Shown: positions 46,973-57,620 of the stretch, piece after piece
Numbering within the stretch: position 1 is the stretch's first letter
Layout: every line of letters starts with the position of its first letter
Assembly: GCA_964608215.1 (NCBI GenBank)
Contig: CAZSMV010000001.1
Span: 1,410-65,409 of the forward strand
Reading direction: 5' to 3'
DNA length: 64,000 nucleotides
Source: an uncultured Staphylococcaceae bacterium
GTDB lineage: Bacteria; Bacillota_I; Bacilli_A; RFN20; CAG-826
Notes under the pieces: generated by a model
Databases searched by the model: none
Told to the model about the DNA's origin: nothing
The model's input: the letters and a program-made list of their open reading frames with translations, nothing else
Position numbers and translations under genes: made by a program

Positions 46973-48841
46973 ATGGCAAAAGAAGTGATTTTAGGTATTG
47001 ATTTAGGGACAACAAATTCAGTTGTCAGTTATTTACAGGAGGATGGAAAGGTTAAAGTTATTCCAAATCCAGAGGGAACAAATACTACTCCTTCAGTTGT
47101 TGGTTTTAAGGCTAATGGCGAAGTTATTGTAGGAAACGCTGCAAAACGTCAAGCTTTAACAAATCCAGATACTGTCTCATCTATTAAACGTAAGATGGGT
47201 TCAAGTGAGAAGGTACATATTAATTGTATAAACAAGGATTTTACACCACAAGAAATTAGTGCAAAAGTTCTTGCCTATATGAAAGATTATGCAGAGAAAA
47301 ATATTGGACATCAAGTTAAGAAGGCTGTTATTACTTGCCCAGCATACTTTAATGATGCACAAAGACAAGCTACAAAAGATGCTGGTGCAATTGCTGGTTT
47401 AGATGTTGTCCGTATTATTAATGAACCTACAGCCGCAGCATTGGCTTATGGTTTAGGAAAAGATAAATCTGAAAAGATTGTTGTCTTTGATTTAGGCGGT
47501 GGAACTCTTGATGTTAGTGTTCTTGATATTGGTGATGGAACATTTGAAGTTGTTGCTACTGCTGGTGATAATAAACTTGGTGGTGATGATTGGGATAATG
47601 TAGTTGCTGGATGGATTAGAGCACAAATTCAACAACAAACCGGTCAAGATATTGCAGATAAGATGGCTTTGCAAAGATATAAAGATGCTGCTGAAAAAGC
47701 AAAAATTGAACTTTCAAGCAGTTTAGAAACTACAATTTCATTACCATTTATTGGAATGGGTAGTAATGGTCCAATCAGTTTTGAAACAACATTGACTAGA
47801 GCCAATTTTGAGGAAATGACAAAGCATTTACTTGATAGATGTAGAGTACCACTTGAAAAGGCTATGAGTGATGCAAAATTAAATTGGGGCAAAATCAACG
47901 AAGTTTTAATGATTGGTGGTTCAATTCGTATGCCAGCAGTCCAAAATCTTGTTAAACAAATTAGTGGTAAGAACCTTAATTTAAGCGTTAATCCTGATGA
48001 AGCTGTTTCAATCGGCGCTTCATTCCAAGGTGGAATTTTAAGTGGTGATGTTAAAGACGTTATTCTTCTTGATGTAACTCCTTTAACACTTGGTATTGAA
48101 ACAATGGGTGGTATTATGACTCCATTGATTCCAAGAAATACCACGATTCCAACTACTAAATCACAAATTTTCTCAACTGCTGAAGATAATCAACCAGCTG
48201 TTGATATTATGGTTTATCAAGGCGAAAGACAAATGGCTCACGATAATAAATTATTAGGTCATTTCCAATTAACTGGAATTAAACCAGCACCAAGAGGTAC
48301 TCCTCGTATCGAAGTTACATTTAACATTGATGTTAATGGCATCGTTAAAGTTAGTGCTAAAGATTTAGATAGTCAACAAGAACAAGAAATTACAATTAGT
48401 GGAAGCAATGGTTTAAGCAAAGAAGAAATTGATCGTATGATGAGAGAAGCTGAAGCCAATAAAGAAGCTGATACTAAGAGAAAAGAAGAAGTTGAGTTAA
48501 AGAATAAAGCTGAAGGTTATATTAATTCAATCGACCAAGCTTTGAGAGAAAAAGGCGATTCAATTGATCCAAAACAAAAAGAAGAAACTCAAAAATTAAG
48601 AGATGAGTTAAAGACCGCTTTGGATAATAACGATATGAATACATTAAGAAATAAAATAAATGATTTAGAAAAAGCCGCAGCTTATATGCAACAAGCTCAA
48701 GCTAATGCTGGTGCTGGCACAACTGGCGCATCACAAGGCCAATCTTTTAACGATAATACATCTTCAAATTCAGATAATAATGCTGGTTCATCTAAGAAAG
48801 ATGATGATGTATTAGATGCTGATTTTACTGATAAAAAGTAG
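46973..48841 (+). CDS. dnaK: molecular chaperone DnaK
   Basis: [19 protein letters not shown], Hsp70 signatures. Confidence 0.97.
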   Translation: MAKEVILGIDLGTTNSVVSYLQEDGKVKVIPNPEGTNTTPSVVGFKANGEVIVGNAAKRQALTNPDTVSSIKRKMGSSEKVHINCINKDFTPQEISAKVLAYMKDYAEKNIGHQVKKAVITCPAYFNDAQRQATKDAGAIAGLDVVRIINEPTAAALAYGLGKDKSEKIVVFDLGGGTLDVSVLDIGDGTFEVVATAGDNKLGGDDWDNVVAGWIRAQIQQQTGQDIADKMALQRYKDAAEKAKIELSSSLETTISLPFIGMGSNGPISFETTLTRANFEEMTKHLLDRCRVPLEKAMSDAKLNWGKINEVLMIGGSIRMPAVQNLVKQISGKNLNLSVNPDEAVSIGASFQGGILSGDVKDVILLDVTPLTLGIETMGGIMTPLIPRNTTIPTTKSQIFSTAEDNQPAVDIMVYQGERQMAHDNKLLGHFQLTGIKPAPRGTPRIEVTFNIDVNGIVKVSAKDLDSQQEQEITISGSNGLSKEEIDRMMREAEANKEADTKRKEEVELKNKAEGYINSIDQALREKGDSIDPKQKEETQKLRDELKTALDNNDMNTLRNKINDLEKAAAYMQQAQANAGAGTTGASQGQSFNDNTSSNSDNNAGSSKKDDDVLDADFTDKK

Positions 48842-48863
48842 TTATTAAGTAGTTATTTAGTAT

Positions 48864-48888
48864 AAAGGGAAGCAACTAACTTCCCTTT
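48864..48888 (+). promoter_or_regulatory. intercistronic stem-loop between dnaK and dnaJ
   Basis: AAAGGGAAG/CTTCCCTTT 9-bp stem, 7-nt loop, no U-run. Probably a partial terminator or an mRNA-stability element. Confidence 0.4.
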
Positions 48889-48913
48889 AAACTTTAATTA
48901 AGGAGGATTCTTT

Positions 48914-50059
48914 ATGGCGGAAAAACGTGATTATTATGAAGTTTTAGGCGTTAATAAATCTGCATCTGATGATGAAATTAAATCTGCATATAGAAAATTA
49001 GCTCACAAATATCATCCAGACAATAAAGAAACTGGGAATGCTGAAAAATTTAAAGAATGTAGCGAGGCTTATAGTGTTTTAAGCGATCCTCAAAAAAGAA
49101 AAACATATGATAGATTCGGCAGTGCTGCATTTGATCAAACAGCTGGAGGGGCAAATCCATTTGCTGGAAGTGGCTTTGAAGGATTCAATTTTAATTCTGG
49201 AGATTTCACTGATTTAAATGATATTTTAAGTTCAATGTTTGGTTTTGGTGGTAGAAGTCGATCAAGATCTCAAGGGAGTGGAAGAACTAGAGGCGATGAC
49301 TCTCTTATGAGAATTAAAATATCTTTTATGGATGCTTGCTTAGGGACTACTGTTAACTTACCAATTACATATGATGAACCATGTGAACATTGTCATGGAA
49401 CTGGGGCCAAAGATGGAACTGCTTTTGAAACTTGTCCTGACTGTAATGGTCGAGGTTTTGTTGTAACTCAACAAAGAACTATTTTTGGTATGATGCAATC
49501 ACAAACAGCGTGTCCAAGATGTCATGGTACTGGAAAAATTATCAAACAATCATGTTCATATTGTGGTGGAAAAGGTTATACAAAAGTTAAGAAAACTATT
49601 GAAGTCAAAATTCCTCAAGGCATTAACAATGGCCAGCAAATTAGAATTGCTGGAAAAGGCGAAAGAGGGGCGAATGGTGGACCTAATGGTGACTTATATT
49701 TAGAGGTTGTTGTTGCTTCGCATCAAAATTTTGAGCGTGATGGCGATGATATTCATTTAACAGTTCCTATTGATTTTGTTGATGTTTGTTTAGGAACAAC
49801 AATTACAGTTCCAACAATTTATGGGGATGTTGATATGAAAGTTCCTGCTGGAACTCAACCAAATCAAATATTTAAGATAAAGGATAAAGGTGTTAAAAAT
49901 GTACGTGGGAGTAGTTATGGGGATGAATTTGTCCATTTAAATGTAAAAACTCCAACAGAACTTAATAAAGAACAAAAAACTGCTTTACAAGCTTTTAAAG
50001 ATGCAAGTAAGGGAAAAGATTCGTGGTTTGATAAATTTAAAAAAGCTTTTAAAAAATAG
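48914..50059 (+). CDS. dnaJ: molecular chaperone DnaJ
   Basis: J-domain HPD, G/F region, four C..C.G.G zinc repeats. Confidence 0.95.
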   Translation: MAEKRDYYEVLGVNKSASDDEIKSAYRKLAHKYHPDNKETGNAEKFKECSEAYSVLSDPQKRKTYDRFGSAAFDQTAGGANPFAGSGFEGFNFNSGDFTDLNDILSSMFGFGGRSRSRSQGSGRTRGDDSLMRIKISFMDACLGTTVNLPITYDEPCEHCHGTGAKDGTAFETCPDCNGRGFVVTQQRTIFGMMQSQTACPRCHGTGKIIKQSCSYCGGKGYTKVKKTIEVKIPQGINNGQQIRIAGKGERGANGGPNGDLYLEVVVASHQNFERDGDDIHLTVPIDFVDVCLGTTITVPTIYGDVDMKVPAGTQPNQIFKIKDKGVKNVRGSSYGDEFVHLNVKTPTELNKEQKTALQAFKDASKGKDSWFDKFKKAFKK

Positions 50060-50118
50060 AATAAAATTGCTACTTTTATCTTGCATGTTGTAGTAATATT
50101 TATCTAGGAAGTTTAGTT

Positions 50119-50571
50119 ATGCCAAAATGTAAATATTGTGGTCAAGCCATTACAAAGTTTGACAAAGAAATATGTCCCTATTGTGGGGGAAAATCGCCAA
50201 TAGATTCGGAAAATCCACAGACTACAGATATAACTGAAGCTATTAATACTGTTAGCCCTACTGATGAAGCAAGAATTAATTTTAAACCAAAGAAAAAGGT
50301 TATAAATGCTTTGCTTTGTATGTTTTTAGGAATTTTTGGGATTGACGAACTTTATTTAGGTTTTAAAAATAGGTTTTTAATTAGACTAAGTGCTAATGCT
50401 GTTTGTTATATTGCATTAATTTTGATTTTTTATTTTACTAAAACAATTGAGTCTAATGGTTTATTATTTAGTTTGCCTTTAATTATTGTATTTTGTTTTT
50501 GGTTTATTGTAGGAATATTCTTTTTTGTTATTAAAAATAAAAAAGATTCAAGTGGAGCATTTTTAAAATAA
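50119..50571 (+). CDS. zinc-ribbon plus TM2-domain membrane protein
   Basis: N-terminal CKYCG...CPYCG. TM2-like LLCMFLGIFGIDELYLGF. Confidence 0.65.
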   Translation: MPKCKYCGQAITKFDKEICPYCGGKSPIDSENPQTTDITEAINTVSPTDEARINFKPKKKVINALLCMFLGIFGIDELYLGFKNRFLIRLSANAVCYIALILIFYFTKTIESNGLLFSLPLIIVFCFWFIVGIFFFVIKNKKDSSGAFLK

Positions 50572-51290
50572 TGCAACGCTATTTTGCTAATAAAATAAAT
50601 GAAAATATCATTTTAAGTGAAAATGATATTTTTCATTTGCAAAGAGTTATGAGGTCTAAAAAAGGTGATAAGTTCCAAATTGTTGTTGATAACGAAGCTT
50701 TTATTGCTGAAATTACATCGTTTTCACCTTTTGAATTTAAAATTCTTGAAAAGATAAATGAATCGCCTGAATTAAATGGTTATATAAGGTTGTTATATTG
50801 TTTGCCAAAAGGCGAAAAACTTGATTTGGTCATTCAAAAATCAGTTGAGTTTGGTGTTAGTGAAATAGTTTTAGTTAATTCTTCAAGGTGCGTTAGAAGA
50901 ATTGATAGTAAAGATAAAGATAAGAAATTAATTAGATTCAACAAAATTATCAAAGAAGCAAGTGAGCAATGCAAGAGAGTTGAATTAATGAAACTTACTG
51001 ATGTCATCGAATATAATGACATCGACAAATATTTAGCTGATAAATCTTTTATTGCTTATGAAAATAGTACTGAGAATTTATCTTCTTTATATGATGATTT
51101 TAAGGATATTAATGGTAAAACTATCAATATTTTAATTGGATCCGAAGGTGGATTTTCTTTAGATGAAGTGAATTACGCCATAAAACATGGTTATAAATCT
51201 ATTAGTTTAGGGAAAAGAATTTTAAGAAGTGAAACTAGTTGTTTTTACGCTTTAAGTTTATTATCCTTTTTTATGGAATCAAATTTATGA
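50571..51290 (+). CDS. rsmE: 16S rRNA (uracil1498-N3)-methyltransferase
   Basis: MQRYF start, GSEGGFS..E, SLG.RILR.ET motifs. Confidence 0.85.
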   Translation: MQRYFANKINENIILSENDIFHLQRVMRSKKGDKFQIVVDNEAFIAEITSFSPFEFKILEKINESPELNGYIRLLYCLPKGEKLDLVIQKSVEFGVSEIVLVNSSRCVRRIDSKDKDKKLIRFNKIIKEASEQCKRVELMKLTDVIEYNDIDKYLADKSFIAYENSTENLSSLYDDFKDINGKTINILIGSEGGFSLDEVNYAIKHGYKSISLGKRILRSETSCFYALSLLSFFMESNL

Positions 51291-52045
51291 AATTATTTAA
51301 GATATTAGAAAAAGAATGTAATAAAAGAAAAATTAATCATAGCGAAGAATATAAGTTTTATAATGCAAACAAATTTGAACTAAGTAAAAATTCATATTTT
51401 GAAGAATATACGGAAGCAAGTGATGTTTTTGACATCATTTGTGGTAACATAGTTATTTGCGGTATAAAAAATAAAGAAATTCTTGATAAGATTATTGATG
51501 AAGAATATTTTTTTTCTAGCGAAAGAAAAATTGAAAATATAAAGAAAGAAATTAATGATAGAATACTTGATTTACCTTATCTTAAAGTTAGGAATATTAA
51601 AGTTTATATTCCATTTTTCAATTTGAATACAAATGCGATTTATTCGATTAATAGCGAAAAAATGAGTGAAGAACCATATTTGAATTTAGTGGATAACTAC
51701 AATGCTTTTTTAACAAATCCATTTACTACTTATGGTGTTGATATTTTTGACTTTTTATCAACAAAGCTTGTACGAATACTTGAATCAAGTACAGCAGTTG
51801 CGTTTTATCATTTTGATTTTAACGTTATTTTTATTATAAATAGACAGGGTAGTTTAGATAATACAATTTATTTATTTGATAAAAGGATTAAAAAACCAAA
51901 TTATAGCCATATAGTCGAAAGAATTAAACCTGTTGTTCAAGCATATTTTGATGGAAACTTGAATGATTTCATCTATCTTTTATATAAAAATGAATTAATT
52001 TCTTATAAAGTTTTTAGAAAAATTTGCAAGGAGAAAAAGTTATGA
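51287..52045 (+). CDS. hypothetical 252-aa protein
   Basis: ATGA overlaps at both ends (rsmE stop and mtaB start). No motif recognised. Confidence 0.55.
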   Translation: MKLFKILEKECNKRKINHSEEYKFYNANKFELSKNSYFEEYTEASDVFDIICGNIVICGIKNKEILDKIIDEEYFFSSERKIENIKKEINDRILDLPYLKVRNIKVYIPFFNLNTNAIYSINSEKMSEEPYLNLVDNYNAFLTNPFTTYGVDIFDFLSTKLVRILESSTAVAFYHFDFNVIFIINRQGSLDNTIYLFDKRIKKPNYSHIVERIKPVVQAYFDGNLNDFIYLLYKNELISYKVFRKICKEKKL

Positions 52046-53304
52046 CATTTGTTATTGATTTTCTTGGGTGTAAAGTTAATAGTTATGAAGTAGAGTGTAT
52101 TGCAAATGAACTGATTAATCGCGGTTATAAACATTGTGATGAAAACGAAAAACCCGATATTGTAATTATTAATACATGTAGCGTAACTGAAACTAGTGCC
52201 TCCAAATCAAGAAAAATGATTAGACATTATAAGATGTTGAATGATAAGGCAATTATTGTAGTTATGGGTTGTGATGTTCAAAATGAATTTGATTATTATG
52301 CAAAACAATTGAATTGTTCAATTGTTTTGGGTACAGCAGATCGAAATAAGATTTGTGATTATATAGATGAATACATAAAAAATTGCAAACAAATTGTTGC
52401 AAAAGAAGACTTAAGGAATGTAAAAAATTATGAATCAATATCAATTCAAAGGTTTTTATATAACACAAGAGCTTATGTAAAAATTCAAGATGGATGCAAT
52501 AATTTTTGCACTTATTGTTTAATTCCTTATATTAGAGGGAGATCAAGAAGCAGAAATGAAGAAGAAATTTTGTCTGAAATTAAAGAATTAATAAAAAATG
52601 GATACAAAGAAATTGTTTTGACGGGTATTGATATGTGTAGTTATGGCTTGGATTTTGATAAAAAAATGACTTTTAGTGATTTGCTTGAAGATATTTTAAA
52701 AGATAATCCAGATTTATATCGTTTAAGAATATCTTCTATTGAAGAATCTCAAATTGATGATCATTTTATAAAACTACTAGGAAACTACCAAAATATTGCT
52801 AATCATTTACATATTCCATTACAATCTGGTTCTGTGTCAATTTTAGAAAAGATGCATAGAAAGTATAATTTAAATAACTTTAAAGAAAAAATCGCTAAAA
52901 TAAGAAAAGTAAGACCAGATATAGCAATAACAACAGATGTCATTGTTGGATTTCCAACAGAATCTGAAGAAAATTTCAAAGAAACTTATGATTTTTGCTC
53001 TGAAATTAAATTCTCTAAAATACATGTTTTCCCTTTTAGTGAAAGAAAAGGAACTGTAGCTGAAAGAATATTCCCAAAAGTTAGTGCAATTGATAAAAAA
53101 ACACGTGTACTCAAACTTATTTCATTATCTAACTCAATGAAAAAAGAATATGAAAAGCAATTTCATGATAAGGAAGTTGAATTTTTATTTGAAAGTTTTG
53201 ATGAAAGTAAAAATGCTTATCATGGGCATTCTTCAAATTATTTAGAAGTATATTTTAAGTCCGATGAGGTGCTTACTGGGAAAATCAAAAAGATTAAATT
53301 TTGA
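52042..53304 (+). CDS. mtaB: tRNA (N6-threonylcarbamoyladenosine) methylthiotransferase MtaB (MiaB-like)
   Basis: FLGCKVN UPF0004 N-terminus, radical SAM CNNFCTYC, C-terminal TRAM. AAGGAG SD 8 nt before ATG 52042. Confidence 0.82.
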   Translation: MTFVIDFLGCKVNSYEVECIANELINRGYKHCDENEKPDIVIINTCSVTETSASKSRKMIRHYKMLNDKAIIVVMGCDVQNEFDYYAKQLNCSIVLGTADRNKICDYIDEYIKNCKQIVAKEDLRNVKNYESISIQRFLYNTRAYVKIQDGCNNFCTYCLIPYIRGRSRSRNEEEILSEIKELIKNGYKEIVLTGIDMCSYGLDFDKKMTFSDLLEDILKDNPDLYRLRISSIEESQIDDHFIKLLGNYQNIANHLHIPLQSGSVSILEKMHRKYNLNNFKEKIAKIRKVRPDIAITTDVIVGFPTESEENFKETYDFCSEIKFSKIHVFPFSERKGTVAERIFPKVSAIDKKTRVLKLISLSNSMKKEYEKQFHDKEVEFLFESFDESKNAYHGHSSNYLEVYFKSDEVLTGKIKKIKF

Positions 53305-53439
53305 TTCTAATTTTGACAATGTAAAAAATATAAATATTGATTGAATCATATTTTTTTGTTGTTTTTTAGATATTATCAAAAAAATATAGAATCAAAAATC
53401 TTATTATTTATAATAATAGAGTCGAAAAGGAGAAGAATT

Positions 53440-53631
53440 ATGGCAGTACCATTTAGAAGAACAAGTAAAACTACAAAAAGAATGAGAAGAAGTCATTACA
53501 AATTAAGCGTTAATGGTTTAAGTGTTTGCTCAAACTGTGGACAAATGATTAAATCTCATACAGTTTGCCCACACTGCGGATATTATGATGGCAAACAAGT
53601 AGTTAAAGGTAAAGATTCAGAAAATAAATAA
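53440..53631 (+). CDS. rpmF: 50S ribosomal protein L32
   Basis: [11 protein letters not shown]..., zinc ribbon C..C...C..C. AAAGGAG SD. Start moved from the spurious upstream extension. Confidence 0.93.
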   Translation: MAVPFRRTSKTTKRMRRSHYKLSVNGLSVCSNCGQMIKSHTVCPHCGYYDGKQVVKGKDSENK

Positions 53632-53653
53632 GCCACAATACGGCTTATTTTTA
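53628..53653 (+). terminator. rpmF terminator
   Basis: ATAAGCC/GGCTTAT 7-bp stem, 7-nt loop, T-run. Confidence 0.6.
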
Positions 53654-53670
53654 ATATTAAGGAGATTTTT

Positions 53671-54309
53671 ATGAATTATGCAAATCTAATTGATGATACA
53701 AATTTACATGCAGATGCAGTTGAATCTGATATTATGGCTTTATGTAACGAAGCAAAAGAGATTGGTGCTGCTTCAGTTTGTGTCAATCCTGATTATATCG
53801 AATTATCGAGTAAATTATTAAAAGGTAGTAATGTAAAAGTGTGCACGGTTATAGGATTTCCTCTTGGAGCTATGACAACTGAAAGCAAAGTTTTTGAAGC
53901 TCAAGATGCTATTAAACGTGGTGCTGATGAAGTTGATATGGTAATTAATATTTCTAAATTAAAGGACCATAAAGATGATTATGTTAAAAATGAAGTCGAG
54001 TCTATAAAAAAAGCTTGTGGTGTTCATGTTTTAAAGGTTATTTTAGAATGTTGTTTATTAAATGATGAAGAAATCGAGAGAGCTTGTATAATTTGCAAAG
54101 AAGCCGGTGCTGATTTTGTTAAGACATCAACTGGATTTTCAACTCATGGTGCAACAGTTAAAGATGTTGCATTAATGAGAAAAACTGTTGGCTCAAAAAT
54201 GGGTGTTAAGGCTGCTGGTGGAGTAAGAACTCCTGAAGAATTAAAAGCTATGGTTGAAGCAGGTGCTAATAGAATTGGCGCTTCACATGGGAAAAATTTA
54301 GTAAAATAG
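53671..54309 (+). CDS. deoC: deoxyribose-phosphate aldolase
   Basis: VCV.P, FPLG, DMVIN, VKTSTGF (Schiff-base Lys) motifs. Confidence 0.92.
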   Translation: MNYANLIDDTNLHADAVESDIMALCNEAKEIGAASVCVNPDYIELSSKLLKGSNVKVCTVIGFPLGAMTTESKVFEAQDAIKRGADEVDMVINISKLKDHKDDYVKNEVESIKKACGVHVLKVILECCLLNDEEIERACIICKEAGADFVKTSTGFSTHGATVKDVALMRKTVGSKMGVKAAGGVRTPEELKAMVEAGANRIGASHGKNLVK

Positions 54310-54372
54310 ACTTTTATTTTAAATTGAAATAATGTATATTAATTAGCGCAATCGGATTGGAGGTGAAAAGAT

Positions 54373-54546
54373 ATGTTAAAGGTAGTAGTTAGAGATGGAG
54401 AAAGTTTAGATGAAGCTTTACGTAGATTTAAACGTAATGTTAATAAAGCCGGTACAATCCAAGAATGTCGTAAAAGAGAATTCTTCCTTAAGAAAAATTT
54501 AGCTCGTAAAGTTAAGAGCGAAAATGCTCGTAGAAAATACAGATAG
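54373..54546 (+). CDS. rpsU: 30S ribosomal protein S21 (57 aa; below the ORF-track length cutoff)
   Basis: Manual translation: [66 protein letters not shown]. Confidence 0.9.
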   Translation: MLKVVVRDGESLDEALRRFKRNVNKAGTIQECRKREFFLKKNLARKVKSENARRKYR

Positions 54547-54570
54547 TATCGAAATAATTTTAAAAAAAAT

Positions 54571-54598
54571 AACTAGCAAAAATGCTAGTTATTTTTAT
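54571..54598 (+). terminator. rpsU terminator
   Basis: AACTAGCA/TGCTAGTT 8-bp stem, 4-nt loop, ATTTTTAT tail. Confidence 0.7.
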
Positions 54599-54676
54599 AC
54601 ATTTTTCTAAAAATAATAAAAAAATTGATAATTTTTTAAAATTCCCCACCAATTATTTATTGAAAGGGGGAATAAT

Positions 54677-55123
54677 ATGTCCTATTTTATTAAGCAACTA
54701 GGCGATAAAGATTGCGGTTATACTTGCATTAAGATGATTTTAAGTATGTCGTACAAAAAAAGTGATTTTCTTTATTTAAATGAACCTGACATTGATAGGT
54801 CGGCTTCTCTAAGAGAATTAATGATTTTTGCACGAAAAGAAGGACTTGATTTAGGAGCTTATAGAGCAGTCGATAAAAATGAGTTGTTTACAAAAAAAGC
54901 GAATGTACCGCTACTTTTACCTATAGCAAAAGAAAATCTTTTGCACATGATTGTTGTGAGAAAGATTTATAAAAAACATATCCTTGTTCAAGATCCTGCA
55001 AGTGGAATTTATTTTATGAGTAAAAAGAAATTACTTTCTATTTGGAACGGAGAATATCTTGAAATTATTGAGAAAAATGGTTCTGATTTTAAACTTAAAA
55101 AGAAACATTTTGTACCGCCATGA
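54677..55123 (+). CDS. stand-alone C39-like (bacteriocin-processing type) cysteine peptidase domain protein
   Basis: QLGDKDCGYTCIKMIL (catalytic Cys context), HMIVV (His), QDPASG (Asp). 148 aa. Confidence 0.75.
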   Translation: MSYFIKQLGDKDCGYTCIKMILSMSYKKSDFLYLNEPDIDRSASLRELMIFARKEGLDLGAYRAVDKNELFTKKANVPLLLPIAKENLLHMIVVRKIYKKHILVQDPASGIYFMSKKKLLSIWNGEYLEIIEKNGSDFKLKKKHFVPP

Positions 55124-55876
55124 ATGACGTGTTTAACAATATTTTTTGAAATTTTAAGTTTTCTATCTTTAATTACGGCCTTATATTTCATAGATGGCAA
55201 GCAATCTTTTTATGGATCGTTAGCACTTTTTATGGCTTATATAATATTCGAATTTGTTTATCGAAAAATTTTAATCTCATCAATGAAAAAGTTTGATAAG
55301 AATTTAGAAATTGAAAAGCTTGCTTTTAAAGGAAGAGATTTTAAACGAAGATATACGGATATCACAAAATTAAAGGTTTTATCAGTTTCTAATCCAGTTC
55401 AATTATTATCAATAATCATGATGACAGTTTTTGGGATTGTGGTTTTAGGAATTAATAGTCCATTTAATTTAATTTCAATCGGTGCAATCTTACTTTTCCA
55501 ATTTATTTTTAGAATATTTGAAAAAACAACTTATGAGTATAAGAGAAATAAAATTGATGTAATAGAAAATGATTTAGCAAGCAGTGTTAATTTATCAACA
55601 AATAAGTTTTTAGAAAGACTAAATTTATTAAATAAAGAAACTTATAGTTATATTTCATATTGTAATCTTAAGAAATATGTTATGGTCTTCTTAATTATTG
55701 CTCTATCTTTACTTTATGTTAATTTAAGTAATGTCAACTCTTTGAACTTTATGCTATTTCATTTCTTCTTCTATCTTTATTTAAATGATAATTTTGAAAA
55801 AATATTGAATTTCAGTAAGAATTACGAAGAATACAAGAGATATAAAGCACTTTATTTATATTATTTTGGCGACTAA
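55124..55876 (+). CDS. 250-aa polytopic membrane protein, ABC-exporter-TMD-like, with no nucleotide-binding domain
   Basis: ATG directly abuts the C39 gene's stop codon. About 5-6 hydrophobic helices. No Walker A/B or LSGGQ motifs. Confidence 0.6.
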   Translation: MTCLTIFFEILSFLSLITALYFIDGKQSFYGSLALFMAYIIFEFVYRKILISSMKKFDKNLEIEKLAFKGRDFKRRYTDITKLKVLSVSNPVQLLSIIMMTVFGIVVLGINSPFNLISIGAILLFQFIFRIFEKTTYEYKRNKIDVIENDLASSVNLSTNKFLERLNLLNKETYSYISYCNLKKYVMVFLIIALSLLYVNLSNVNSLNFMLFHFFFYLYLNDNFEKILNFSKNYEEYKRYKALYLYYFGD

Positions 55877-55895
55877 TACTATATAATTTACTTAT

Positions 55896-56339
55896 ATGGA
55901 ATTAGATTTTAGCAACGAAACAAACGAAGCATTAGATGGTTATTATGATGAATATCTTAAAATATTCAAAAACACTATTTTAGAATTGAATAAATCAGAC
56001 AATTATATTTGTAGTGTAACTTTTGTAAATGAAGATAAGATTCATGAAATTAATTGTAATTATCGTAAAATTGATAGACCAACAGATGTAATTTCTTTTG
56101 CTTATCTTGATGATAAAAACGAAGTTATTAAAGGGGATATTCCAATTGATTTAGGTGAAATTTATATTTGTTATCAAGTTGCTTATGAAAACGCAAAAAA
56201 ATATGGCAATTCTATACATAGAGAACTTTGTTTCCTTTTTGTTCATGGATTACTTCATCTTTTTGGATATGATCATATGACTAAAGAGGAAGAAGATGTG
56301 ATGTTCCCATTACAAGAGAAAATTTTGGAAAGGAAGTAA
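55896..56339 (+). CDS. ybeY: rRNA maturation endoribonuclease YbeY
   Basis: HGLLHLFGYDH zinc motif. Confidence 0.92.
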   Translation: MELDFSNETNEALDGYYDEYLKIFKNTILELNKSDNYICSVTFVNEDKIHEINCNYRKIDRPTDVISFAYLDDKNEVIKGDIPIDLGEIYICYQVAYENAKKYGNSIHRELCFLFVHGLLHLFGYDHMTKEEEDVMFPLQEKILERK

Positions 56340-56343
56340 AACT

Positions 56344-56748
56344 ATGACAAAAGAAGAATTAGTAGCTGAAGCAATAACTGCAATGGATCTTGCATATGTT
56401 CCATATTCCCATTTTAGAGTCGGCGCAGCTTTACTAACTCGGGATGGCGAGGTTTATTACGGAGCAAACATGGAAAATGCAGCATATGGATGTTGTATGT
56501 GTGGCGAAAGAAATGCTATTTATAATGCATATATGCATGGAATAAGTATTGATGACATCGAGGCTTTAGCAATTGTTGCGGAATGTTCGCGTCCTGTTTC
56601 GCCATGTGGTCAATGCAGGCAAGTCTTAAGTGAACTTTTTCCTCATAATAAGCCTATTTATCTTGCAAATGTTGATGGTGAAATAAAAGAAACAACTATT
56701 GATGAACTTCTTCCATATTCATTTGAAGGAGATGACATGGATATATGA
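56344..56748 (+). CDS. cdd: cytidine deaminase
   Basis: CGERNA and PCGQCRQ zinc motifs. Confidence 0.92.
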   Translation: MTKEELVAEAITAMDLAYVPYSHFRVGAALLTRDGEVYYGANMENAAYGCCMCGERNAIYNAYMHGISIDDIEALAIVAECSRPVSPCGQCRQVLSELFPHNKPIYLANVDGEIKETTIDELLPYSFEGDDMDI

Positions 56749-57620
56749 AGTCTGGATTTGTAGCATTAGTTGGTAGACCAAATGTAGGCAAATCAACTAT
56801 TTTGAATTGTATTTTGGGGAATAAAATTTCAATTGTTACACCTAAAAGTCAAACAACACGAGATAATATTCAAGGTATATATAATGATGGAGATTCGCAA
56901 ATAATTTTTGTTGATACTCCAGGAATTCATAAACCTCATAATGATTTAGGAATAGCTCTTGATAAATTAGCATATCAATCAATTAGAAATTGTGATTTGG
57001 CTGTATTTATAGTAGATTCTTCTAAAGATTTTAACGACGGCGATCAGTATCTTTTTGATCACCTAAAATTTGATTGTCCTTTGATTATTGCTTTTAACAA
57101 GATTGATTTAACGAATATCGAATTAATCACTAAACTTAAGGAAAAATATTGTAGTCAATTCAAAAATGTTGATATAATCGAACTTTCTGCTATTGAGAAT
57201 TTCAATATTGATGGCTTAATCAAAATGATAAAAGATAAATTAGTGGAAGGCCCTCAATATTATGATGTTAGTGTGTTGACCGATAAAGATTTTCGTTGGC
57301 AAGTTCAAGAAGTTATTAGAGAAAAATGTTTAAAATTTCTTTCTGAAGAGGTTCCTCATGGTATTGCTGTAATTTGTGACGATGTAAAAGTTAATTCTAG
57401 AGAAATCAACGCTAATTGTAGAATAATTTGTGAAAAGGACTCACAAAAAGGTATTGTTATTGGTAAAGCTGGTAAAATGATTAAGAAAATTGGTTCAACT
57501 GCTCGTGAAGATTTAGAAGATATAACAAAAAAACATGTGGTTCTTAACATTGTAGTTAGAGTAGTAGAAGATTGGCGTAATTCTAGTAAATATTTAGTAG
57601 ATTTAGGTTATAAGAAATAA
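56745..57620 (+). CDS. era: GTPase Era
   Basis: GRPNVGKST, DTPG, NKID, C-terminal KH domain. Confidence 0.95.
   Translation: MKSGFVALVGRPNVGKSTILNCILGNKISIVTPKSQTTRDNIQGIYNDGDSQIIFVDTPGIHKPHNDLGIALDKLAYQSIRNCDLAVFIVDSSKDFNDGDQYLFDHLKFDCPLIIAFNKIDLTNIELITKLKEKYCSQFKNVDIIELSAIENFNIDGLIKMIKDKLVEGPQYYDVSVLTDKDFRWQVQEVIREKCLKFLSEEVPHGIAVICDDVKVNSREINANCRIICEKDSQKGIVIGKAGKMIKKIGSTAREDLEDITKKHVVLNIVVRVVEDWRNSSKYLVDLGYKK

Noticed and set aside
47644-48144. 166-aa antisense ORF (and 47492-47674) inside dnaK
   Set aside because: They lie antisense to a highly conserved gene and show no independent signals.
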